Positions 37,601 through 49,600 of a stretch of DNA of 64,000 bases are shown here, in pieces (position 1 is the stretch's first letter; each line of letters begins with the position of its first letter). This DNA is from Amphiscolops sp. MND2022 (lineage: Eukaryota). A program made the translations under genes and the position numbers. The DNA lies in contig OZ076412.1 in NCBI GenBank assembly GCA_964187785.1, forward strand, positions 81,716,001 to 81,780,000, read 5' to 3'. The notes below the pieces were generated by a model, which did no database searches, was not told where the DNA came from, and saw nothing but the letters and a program-made list of their open reading frames with translations.

Positions 37601-40600
37601 GCCAACCAATTTCCGGTCAAACTGAGTCGATGGATGTGACTACTCCAAATCCTGCTATCATCGATTATTGCAGCTCATCGACTAGCAGCTTAAGTGAGAC
37701 TAGTGGTCTTCCTGTCCTAGCACCATTAACGATTGACAAGGAAGTTGAAGCAGATTTGGTCCCTGAAGGTCCACCTGACCTCACCCAACTTGCAGAGGAA
37801 ATGCGGACTTCTGAACAATCTACTGAAGTTCCCCCGAACTCTGCACAAAAGACAGTGACAGCGACCGTTGCGTCCCTCGTGACGTATGCTAGCAGTAGCA
37901 CTTCTGAAGAAAGCTGTGGGGCATATTTTGATAGGAAGGTTGCCCTAATTGAAGAAGCCCGATCCTCTGAGGCCGTTGCACCTAACGCGGGGAGTGAACC
38001 CAAAGAGAGTGCCAGCGAAGCCATTTTAGTCGACACTACGCTACAGGAAAGCCCCAAACATCACACTGAGTCTGGAAGTAACAGTGACTCTTCAATGGAA
38101 ATAGAATCTGCCAGGCCAGCTAGTCCACAGTCGCCATCACCAACTCTGGGTTTCCTCTTCAGCCTTCCTGTCCAGCTTTTCAAAGCTCCTTGTAAGCCAA
38201 CCCATTATTCGACCGGTCACAGAGGTTACAAGCCTAAGAATCCTGATTCCAAAGTGACTATCGCCAACACAGTCATTGTTCAGCAAGCAATTGGAGATCA
38301 AGTAGTTGAACCCGCCACTGGCTCGATTCAAGCCCAAACTCCCCTTAGGACAGCGAGGCCTACCCGTACCTCCTTTGAACCCCGTAACCCCTCCAGTGAT
38401 GCCGAAGAAGGACCGGGCAGTGGGGTTAACTCAGAGGTTTATGCTAGGTCTACCATGGAGGAAGCGTTGACTTCCCCAAAGAAACTTCCTCGAGGTCATC
38501 TTGGTGATATGTCAAGCGATACATCGCGCTCTTCCTCCCCCGTACGAGAGTCTGGTACCGGACCATTGACTAGCAGTAGTCGTGTTTTAATCAAACAGCA
38601 TTTCAGTGAAGCCAGTCCAGTTTTTCTGCCGCGTGGACACCCTACCGTCGCTTTTAATGAGGGTCAAGTTAGCAGTATCCTCACCGCTGTCGCTAATGAG
38701 AGTGCCAGGGCGTCCTTTGATATGCTTAGTAGTGTCGTCGAACGGGCTAGCCGTCTTAACTTGGGTGGTTGTTCTCGCTGTAATCAGCCACGTGTTCCCG
38801 CACCAAAAGACAGCCTTTTATTGACCACTGACTCCGATCCAGACTGTTCTCAAAGGGGGTTTTCAGGCTCTCGAACTAGTTTCGCTAGTGACTTTTCCCA
38901 AAGCGATGGTGCAGCCGGCTCAAGCACAATGACTCCCGGGTCTCCTCGTCCGAGTCTTACATCAGTGACTCACATTCCTTCCCCTCCAGCTTTTGGCTGT
39001 AGTCAAGAAGACACCCGGGGAAATACCCCGTTAACTGCGTGCGATAGTCCGGGAGGCCAAACTTTAGCTGCTCTCAAGCAGGAAGCTATCAAGGATAAGC
39101 AAGTAACTCAGGTCAGCAAACGGTCAGCCACAAGGTCCAAAATCCCTCGCCGCAAGCCAATTCGTGGCCTGTATAATGTATAATCATTCAGGCCGTATAA
39201 TGCGGGAGGAATACTTTGAAGGAATGTCATGGACGAGAGTCTTCGTGTCCGGGCCTCTGGACCCAGAGCATAATCCTTATAAATTTTACTGTCTGATATG
39301 CAAGGACAACGTTTCCATTTACACCAAAGGGCCAAGGGAAATCATTCGACACTACTCATCTGAACGTCATCTCAGGAAAGACCAGAGGTGGAGGTATGAG
39401 TACTTGTCAGTCAAAGATTCTGTCACCGGAAATGTTAAACATCGGGTCCGCGGCAAGGATGGGAAATTGTTGACAGCGTATCAATTAGAGTTAGAGATAC
39501 CAAAGTTCATTGAAGCACCTCTGATTGACCTTGGAGAACGCATGCCCTTTTACGAGGACCATATGGCCGGACAACAACACTGCGTCACTACCCCTGACAG
39601 CAAGGTCCGAGCCCAAATCTGTGTACTGGGTTACTTCTTGCCCACCTTCGGCAACCTCTCAGTACTCCGCAGACTTTGGGGTCCCCTAGGAGCCGCTATG
39701 GGACAAGAGGTTGCTTTCCTCGGATTTAATTGGGGAAAAGAACGCCTTTCTGTAAGTATCTGTTTCCAGTCTATCAGTCCTATGAGTGTCTTCGTCGTAA
39801 ACTAACCACTTCCTGCGAGAACGTCCTAGCTTGTGTCATTAGGAATAACTTCCTTTTGTTATTGTAGGTCTTGTTCCATCATCTATTCCAACAAGTTGTA
39901 GAAGATATTGGGACGCAAGTCATGGCTAACGGTCTCTACTCAATTGACTTTGAACAACAAGGAGTCTTGCTCTACCTACACGTGACTTTCTGGAAAGGGC
40001 TACAGTTGTGCAGGGTGCCTCTACTACGCACTGGACGGACCACAGGACAAACTCCCGCAGAGATTCGTCTCTTGTCTGTGTTGCTATCTGCCATATCTTG
40101 CAAAGCCCAACTTGTCTGCTGCTCTGGGTGCACCTTAGGATTCCTCAAGGTCGTCGATTCGTGTCCCTTCTTCAAGCACGGAATTCAATGTACTACCCGA
40201 TTTGATGACTTATCAGCTGCCAAACTAATGCACAAGCAGAGTTATAGTGTATTTGGCCGGATCGATTTCTTTTCTGTCATCCAACATTTGGTGATCTGCC
40301 TCAGTGGCAGTTTGCAATATGAGTGGACAGTGATGACACCTGAGTTGACCAAGGTAAGTGTTCTTTAGTGTTCCCTTGTCTTTTTACCTTACAGTCCCTT
40401 ATATCTCTGGTATTTAGGCAATTAAGGCTTGCAAGTACGATGTGGTCAATCTTCCCACTATTTGCCATGAACTGCTCAGCAGTTGGACGGACGTAACTGC
40501 TTTCCTGTTGAAGTACGCCATGCCCCAGGAAGGACAGGGAGTGAAGAGAGTGGTTGGTAAATTTTATGCGTCCCGGTAGACCTGGCGCCCTTCAGGTAAT

Positions 40601-43600
40601 CAGAATTTCCTTTCTTGTTCTAGCCTCAAAATCTCGAGTGGTCCATCGTGTACGATGAATTCTTCACTAGCCGATTGGAGCTTTTCTCAAAGTTGATACG
40701 CGACTGTAAGTAGTTCTACTTGTATTACGGTCTCTCGGTTCATTTGGTAATAGACTAAGTAACTAATTTTGGTTCTAGACACGACCAGCTTCAGTATCAA
40801 CCTCTCCAGCCGAAGGGACCGGGGGTTCTACCTTTAAAAAGAATCCTGTCAGTTTCTGATGAAGCTCGCTCGACGATCGGTCAGCTCCAAGTGCTTACCC
40901 AGAGAGGGCCAGTTACAGCAGATTCATTCTCTGGAGTCAAAGAAGGCCATCGCACTTCCAATAGAGGACTTCCTGTCCAGATTGAAGTTAGGTGTGAAGT
41001 TCAACCATGCTTGCAAAGTTAAGGCTGAGCGAGAACAGAAGGACAAAAAGAATGCTGGTTTGAGCCTGGAAGTCATCACGAACAAGAATAAAGAGGAATA
41101 TGGACGACTTGCAAGAAGTTACATCATCCACGTTTTTAACGAGACTCAGGGGCATTTTAACCTAACAAGTGATATAGTACATGGGTTGGGCTCATTCGAC
41201 CTGGAGTCACTGTTGTCTGGACCCACCGAGTATTCTCTTGGTTGCTTCAAGCAGTTGTTTAATACCTTTTTGTTGCGTGAATATTTTAAACAAGAACAAG
41301 AAGCTCAGTGCCTGGAGGAATACACTTCCTTTGTGGACGAATTGAGACAGGTCTATTCTGATATGGCCCAACCAACCTTGTTGATCACAGATACCATCAA
41401 TTTCCTCATGGAGCAATCAAGTCTTCTGTCCCGGCCATTGATGTACCGCTTATTTACCCTTTCCTGCCTATGTATTGACCAGCCGTTTCAAGATCTTCCA
41501 GAGGTGAGGTTTAGTTCTGTTCGGACCGATGATCCCTCTAGTAAGCTGACTGATATTATCTTGCCTGTACAGTCGTATTTCAAGAGTGTTCCCCGTGGGG
41601 TTGAAACCCTTGCAGATGATTCCTCTGTCTCAAAGTTCTTGTCTCTTGAGACTACATTTGGGGACAGCGCCCTCCGAGATTCTTATGATCCCTGGTTATC
41701 AATTGACCTTTTTGGACGAGCTGGAATACTGGCGAAACTTGATCCCGATGCAATTACTCCTCACGAGCTGGCGAAAGCAGCTGAACCTGAGGTCAGCCAA
41801 ACTTGCAGTCCTCAAAAGAATTTAGCTGTCCCTAGAGGGAAGAAGCGTTCCTCCAAACTGCTGTCGAAGACTGAGCTTACACGCTCAGCGGAAAAATTGC
41901 GTGCTGGCCCTAAACATAAACTTTAATTGTACCATATGTACAATTGTCTTTAGTTTGTCTTTATGTTAATCTAGAATTGTTTGTGTTATCTATTTATCCA
42001 TTCCAATGCTTTCTATTGTTGGACTCCCAGTTCGTTTGTCTTGTACATATTCGATGAGTCATTTAGTCAAGTTTGTCAGATTTAGAACAAATATACATGT
42101 TCGTTCAGTATCTGTATTCATCAGTAAAGTTGGGGGTGGGGTTAGGTCTAAGATTGTATTTCCCTCCTCTAGGGCTGCTATTGTCTACAATCATTTCATC
42201 ACTTTCACTGTCTGATACATCGGGCACGATTGTATCGGTACCGTCAGATTTTGATTTGATCATCTCGGCGTTCGTTCTCGTGATCCGTCCAAGAGGTTCC
42301 TGTAGGTTCCTCATCATCGTTTCGGTTTTGGCTATCGGACCGGTGGTCCGTAGGAGTTGTTTCTCGGTCAGGCTGCCTGTGTGCAGCGTCGGTATCATTG
42401 TCTGGGCGAGTGGACTCGAGGTCCACTTCAGTGAGGATTTGGTCTCTTTGACCAAGAGTATCATAAGCACTGTCAGGAGCGATTTCGTCCTGTAAGCTAG
42501 GTGCCGGAAAGTCACCAAATTCCGTTTCCCAAGTGATGACGTATAGATCGTCCTGTGGGATAACAATTCCATCGTCCTGTTGTAAGTTGCCTTCCGGTCT
42601 TATGTCCTGTAATACAGTATTCGGTTCATATTTGCGCAGTCTAATACGATGTAAGATCTGCGTTTTATTGGAATTCAGTTTTCGGACATTGTAGTTTTCG
42701 TTCGATAAGACTTTTTCTACAATGTAGGGTCCAGTCCATCTGTATTCCCGAAACGGAATTTTTGATCCTTGGTGACCTGCGATAGGCTGTAATATGAAAC
42801 AGTAGTCGTTTTGCTTTAAAGGAGCCGCTTTGGCCTTTCGGTCATAATATTCTTTGTATTTCAAGTAGGATTGCATGATGTTTTTCTTGGTGTTATCTAA
42901 TAATATCTGCGTGCGGCGTTGAAATTCATCTGCAAAGTCTGTGGTCGGAAGGACCTTAGAGTTTGGATTAAGGCCCAGTTTGTGATCAAGTATGTTGTAT
43001 GGAATGCGACCGTGGAAAATCCTGGATGGTTCACAGCCTAGTGTAGCATGATAGGTTGTATTGTAGTTTAAGACAGCTAGCGGCAGGTATTTATGCCACT
43101 GTCGTCGGTAGTCCCCTGAGGCCATTTTTAGGTTCGTTTTGAGACTAGCATGTGTTCGCTCGAGTTTACCAATTGTTTGCGGATGTTTTGTAGTTGCGCA
43201 TTTTACTTGAATTCCCAGAGTTTGTGCAATTTTGGCTACTAGTTTGGACGTAAAGGCTGTTCCTTTGTCAGTGATTAGAGTGGTTGGTAAGTAGGTGTGT
43301 TTAGTCATTGTAACGGCTGCTTGATCCCTTCAATTGACCAAACTTTACGCCGCCCTGAATTCGGTGCTCGGCACTGCGGATCGTTACCGAACACTGCTTG
43401 CTTCTTAGGTTAAAAAGGACTGTATCTTGACTTAATAGGATCCAATGATCCCGAATTGCACTTCTTCCTTGTCTCTTAACGCGTCCAACTCTCCACAGGT
43501 TGAGAGTAACTAACTTAGTCGCCCTTAGTCTTTGGCGAAAAGTCGAAAAGAGGTGAAGAAATGAATTGAGAATTGAAATGGTCCTAAGACCCAACTTGAC

Positions 43601-46600
43601 TACAGCTATTCAGTCGTTAAAATCTCTATCTAATAATGGTATAAACGCGGTTTACAATTCTACAGTAAATATAAGGCGAAGACAAGTTGAAATATGTGGT
43701 ATAAATAAATGACATTTGAGTGAATTATTAAAGTTATTGGCTATGTAAACAAACCATAGTGTGGGTATAGCATGTTGGTTAGGTGGGCTTTAAAGCATGT
43801 TTACACATGGTAAATATCAGTAATTTCAACAGAGTTACATTCTAATGTGGTCATATAGGTAAATAGCAATGTTTACAGTATTGGCATAATGACCTTGAAT
43901 ATCACACATGTGAGGGGTAAAGGGGGTTATAATGGGGGAATGACCTTGAAACTTGGCCGGTGAGTTCGTGTTTAGTCCTTGCATATGTGTGCCAAGTTTC
44001 ATGGCTCTATGAATAATAGTCTTCGAGAAAATTCATTTGGGGGGGGTTTTAAAGATTTGTGATGATTGGACTTTCTTCAAATTTTCATCTAAGTTTTTTA
44101 GAGTTTAAGTTCTTGTTTCTCAACCAACCTGTTCCAAATCAACTTTCATTGCCTGCGGATGACTGGCGCCAACATTGCCGGCCCTGTTTTTCTCCCGAAA
44201 AACACTTTCATAGAACATGGGTGCCAGTCTCACTACTGGTGGTCTGAGATTGTCATCAGTCATCGTTGTCTTTCTGAGATCTTCAGCTTCATAGTCATGT
44301 TTGCCAGTTGTTTGCTGTGTTCTTTCTCTACTGCAATGCTTCTCCAGCTCATAATCCATTTCACTGACCATACAGTTGTTGTCGACAAGTTGACATAACA
44401 CAAAATATTTCCAAAAAACTGTTGTCTCATTTGAAGTGATAGTTTTCCCTATTATCCCAAACTTGATCGTCAACGTCCGACACTTTTTGTGTTCAACCAA
44501 TTCTTTTTCTCTTGAACCTTTAACAGGTATGATACAAAATTGCTTCAGTACATTTAACTCGACTTCCAGAATAATTTCAACATCCAAAGAGTACATTTCC
44601 ATATAAGTCGAAAATGTCTTCAGACAGTTTCCCAAGATTTGCTCTGCTACATATTCCCTCATCAAAGTTGACTGACCGCAGGGGAGATAGGGTAAAGAGA
44701 GTTCATTCTCTAATCGTTCCATACTCAAGCTTTCAATTTGGCGTTCGGGAGAGATTATTGAATCATCCATCATCATCATCAATAGATAAAGAGAATTTCC
44801 AACATTACGGCGACTGGAGTTTTTTCTTTTGTGTTCAATGCTCTCTTTGCATCCAATAGGAGGGGATTTGTATGGTGAACTCAGTCGCTGCGCTGCATTT
44901 TGCTCTTTGCTTACAGGCACGTCGTTTTTCGTAGCTACATCCGAGTTTTCTCCAAACAACTGCAATGCCGTGGAGTTTTGCTTCCGCTTCTGTTTGTAGA
45001 GATTCACTGTGCTTCTCTCACTACAAAACTTCAATTTCTTTTCATCTAGGTTTCTAACCGGCTCCGATAGATCAGCAAAAACTTCCAATTTACCAAAAGA
45101 CCCATGCCGAGTCCACATTGTCTTGAAAAGTGCAGCCGGCCCATTGCAAGACCCGTCGCTCCAACTTGCTGTGGTTGGTACTTTCAAAGAACACATTTCC
45201 ATTCTTGACACTGATGAGTTGTCTCTGAACTCACGTAGCCAAAGTGTGTCATCTTGTGGTGTTCCATTCATGTTCAACTGAGCTCCTTCCTCCATTCCAT
45301 GAATCAGGTTCCAGTTATGTTCAATCTTCCAAGATCTTTTCTTCAGTTGCTTGCGGTGGCCGTTGCTCAATTGAGTTTCATCAATGACGTTAGCTTGTGC
45401 CACTGCGTCCATCCCTGAGTTTCCATTACCATTCCAAGGGTTCCATATACTACTATGACTCGGGATAGTTTCTTCTAAAAGACTTTCATTGAAGTCGAAA
45501 TCCGTTTTCTTTCCAAAAGTTGCATTCACGATTTGTGTTTCAATTTTAGCATGGCATTTCGCGGGTTTATCATGTTTCATTGCAACGTGGCTTTGCTTTC
45601 GATGCATGACTATTTCATTCAAGTCTTCTGGAAGTGTATATCGTTGCTCATTCACAAAGTCATAACTTTTGACAAATTCATAACATTTGTTTCCTTCTTC
45701 AAGGAGTAGAGTAATGTCATAGGACACTGTCACTTGGAATAGTTTCCCCTGTCGCACGTCCTGTAGTACGGTCGAAACTTCTGCCATCTCTTGCAGCAGT
45801 TCCAATTGCACACTCATTTCTTCCGAAGTTTCATTGTTCGATGCAAACGCTAAGCTTCGATGCTCTTGCATTGTTTCAGTCATTCTGTAATCCAAAGTCT
45901 CCTCTGTTTGCACTACCAAGTGCTCACTCATGACCAAGTGAATCTCTTCTTCCAAAACTTGTTCTGTATCCACGAGGAGGATTTCTGATCGGAAGTCTTG
46001 CCAGCCATTGTCTACAAAGAACGTTTCTGGCCAGTTCCACATCCATTCTGCGATTAGATTTTTCGAAGTTCCTTTGTTTGCATTGCTTTCAATATTTGTC
46101 ATATTTGAATCTTCATGTGCTTCACGTTTGATAGTTTTGTCTTGCAACTTTCCATGGTTTGGACACTTGTCTGAACACTTCATCTGCTCAGGTTTCCATT
46201 TTTTCACTGTACACTTTCCTTTTGTTGTACAGTCAAGAGCTTTGAGCGAAGCCCTTTCTTCTTGCTTGCCCAAAAGTTCGTCTTTTCTTCTTTTCAGCGA
46301 TTCATTGCGATCACCTGAACTTTCTTTGCTTGAAGTATGCCTTGGTTGAGTTTGCTTTACAATTCTCATCATTGAACTACTTTCAACGCTTTTATGGTTC
46401 GAGCGCCAATGTGATCCAACAATACTCTTTGAATCAGTTCGCCCAAAACAGGCTTCTTTGTTGTTTCTCAGGTGTGACTCTTTGTTCGCCACTTCATTCA
46501 TGTTGTTCCGAGAGTGAGGGTTTTGCCCACGCCGTTCAGTTCCTGTTAGAGGCTTCCTTGAGGTCGAGGATGCCTTGAAGGTCCGATAACATTTCTGAGG

Positions 46601-49600
46601 GCCTTTACTTGGTTGCAATTGCTTTGTCACTTTCTGTGATTGTGTCAGTTTTAGCTGCATTTCATTTCGCGCTGAATCCATGTCGTTTTTTAAGACTTGT
46701 TTGGCTCTAGCGGCTTCTTCTTCGAGTTTAGCAATTTCGAGTTTTTCTGTGAGGGTATCAATTTCATCTTGCTTCCTTCGAATTTCGGCTTTGCGTCTTG
46801 CTGCAGCTAACTGCTCATCAATTTCATCTTGTTTCTTCATTGCTTCCAATTCTAGAAGAAGTATTCGTTTTGCGTTTGATGACTTAGAACTAGCTGTTGT
46901 TATGTTGCTCTTCGAGGTTGCTTTGACTGACCCTTTGTTGCTTTGTTCGGGTAACACTTTCACATCACTGATTGATTTAATCACATCAGAGGGGTTGGAT
47001 GCTCCAACAACACGTCGTTCCTCTTCAGTTACCCTGCGTGACTGTGTCAGTGATTTCTTTTCACTAGTTGCTTCCACTAAGCCATTGCGTTTCGTTGGAT
47101 TGAAGCTACTTTGCTTGAGCTTCCTTGTGTGAGTGCATCTCATTGCCGCATTTGTTGAGGTTCCACTTGCCTCTTGGCGAAGTTTCGTTTTGTCTGTCTC
47201 ATCTTTTGGACCCTTCATCAATGTCTTTACATCTGGGAACCAATAGCCCCAGCTGGCTTCTAACTCAGCAAAGAATTCTTTCCATTCAGTCACACTTCGA
47301 CTGAGCTGTCTTTGCTTTTCTTTATTTGTAAGGTCCAACATAAGATCTACGTTATGCAACAATGCTTGTTTATTCTCGCGATATTCGAAAACCCAATCGT
47401 TCAATTCTTCTTTGCGAAGAATAGCGCCTTGCTCGTCCAGCTTGTCATCCAACTCTTTAATCAGAGTCCGTAGTCTTCCAACTTGGGTGGCCACGGCGTC
47501 CACATAAAAGCGCCACACGTACCAGTCGGAATCATTTTCCAAATCTCTTGATCTGAGGTCCACCAGTTCTTGACTCTGATTTGTGTTTCTTTGATCAAAT
47601 ACATTTGTCATTCGAGGATGTTGCACCTCGAGCATTTCTTTCTTTCTGGCTTTCATTTGTTCAGATTTCAGTTTGTCGTTTAACTGGGGGTTTTTTGACT
47701 ACACAATAGTTTCTTGACGTCTTTGTCACTTTTCCCAAAAACAGCAATTTGATAGATCTGAGGTGTCAACTGCTCAACCCAGTAATCAATCGCCAATTCT
47801 TGAAGAATCAACCCAAAAACGTCAATTATGCTTGCCTTCTTTGACGGATTTGATTGTTTCGGTGGACCTCGCCCAATGACTCGATCCTTTTGCTTTACTT
47901 GGTGGATATGCTTGCAGCGACGTCTTAGTTCAAACCTTTGCTTTCAATTAGGAATACGTTTTCCAAGGATACAACTCGTCCCAAACTGGAATTGAAGCAC
48001 ACTTGCCTCCAGAGTGCTGCTAAAGCCCAACTCCCAGAGTACACAACCAATCCAGTTCCAAATCGCCCAATAGTCCAATATCAAAGCCCCAGTGTACACT
48101 TTCCCAGAGTTCCAGTCACCAACTGTAGACCCAGTCTCCACAGTTCTCGTTCGTCGTGAATAGTCGTCTCAGCTACTTGTCGCGATTCCGTTCGAATGCG
48201 ACGACTCTTGCAATACTTTTCGATTGCTGTGCGAACAGGATCACCTGCTGCCACTTCTAGGTTTGGAAGGTCCCTACGAATAGGCTTGTCCTCCCAGCTC
48301 TCTGGTTTGCCAATGAAACCAGCACGGAAGCTTTTTCCAAGCTTCGTGTTACTTGAACAGATAGATGCTGTGTCACCCGTTTGATGACTCTAACTGCTCA
48401 CGTGTCTTCCACCGCGAATGCTATCCACACACAATGAAGACGACGTTCCTCTTGTAGTGTCCACCCAGATTGATGTCCACTCCAACTGTTGGTGTCCGCC
48501 CAATGATGATGTCCGGGTCGGCGGACCAAATGTAACGGCTGCTTGATCCCTTCAATTGACCAAACTTTACGCCGCCCTGAATTCGGTGCTCGGCACTGCG
48601 GATCGTTACCGAACACTGCTTGCTTCTTAGGTTAAAAAGGACTGTATCTTGACTTAATAGGATCCAATGATCCCGAATTGCACTTCTTCCTTGTCTCTTA
48701 ACGCGTCCAACTCTCCACAGGTTGAGAGTAACTAACTTAGTCGCCCTTAGTCTTTGGCGAAAAGTCGAAAAGAGGTGAAGAAATGAATTGAGAATTGAAA
48801 TGGTCCTAAGACCCAACTTGACTACAGCTATTCAGTCGTTAAAATCTCTATCTAATAATGGTATAAACGCGGTTTACAATTCTACAGTAAATATAAGGCG
48901 AAGACAAGTTGAAATATGTGGTATAAATAAATGACATTTGAGTGAATTATTAAAGTTATTGGCTATGTAAACAAACCATAGTGTGGGTATAGCATGTTGG
49001 TTAGGTGGGCTTTAAAGCATGTTTACACATGGTAAATATCAGTAATTTCAACAGAGTTACATTCTAATGTGGTCATATAGGTAAATAGCAATGTTTACAG
49101 TATTGGCATAATGACCTTGAATATCACACATGTGAGGGGTAAAGGGGGTTATAATGGGGGAATGACCTTGAAACTTGGCCGGTGAGTTCGTGTTTAGTCC
49201 TTGCATATGTGTGCCAAGTTTCATGGCTCTATGAATAATAGTCTTCGAGAAAACCCATTTGGGGGGGGGGGTTTAAAGATTTGTGATGATTGGATTTTCG
49301 TCAAATTTTCATCTAAGTTTTTTAGAGTTTAAGTTCTTGTTTCTCAACCAACCTGTTCCAAATCAACTTTCATTGCCTGCAGATGACTGGCGCCAACAGT
49401 CATAATATCGATAAGAACTTTCGCCGTGTTGGTAGTCGAAGCGTCCGTAACTGGATATGCAAAAAGATATCGTGAAAAGACGTCCATGGCGGTAATGATG
49501 TTTTCATAGCCGCCACTAGGAGGCAAGTTCGGCAGTAAGTCGATTTGCATGGCATCTTCAGGGCCCAGGTCCCATTCGGGCAAATTAAGCAGTTCTGGGG

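Noticed and set aside
36400-42104. Nested autonomous hAT DNA transposon as the explanation for the antisense gene
   Set aside because: No TIR pair or 8-bp TSD was found by eye at either side, and only about 180 bp separate its stop from the pol stop. Not fully excluded without alignment to sibling copies.
43301-43594. ORF repeated at 48421-48816 (MGLRTISILNSF...)
   Set aside because: It lies in the duplicated BEL LTR, has a TTG start and no recognisable motif; probably a chance frame.
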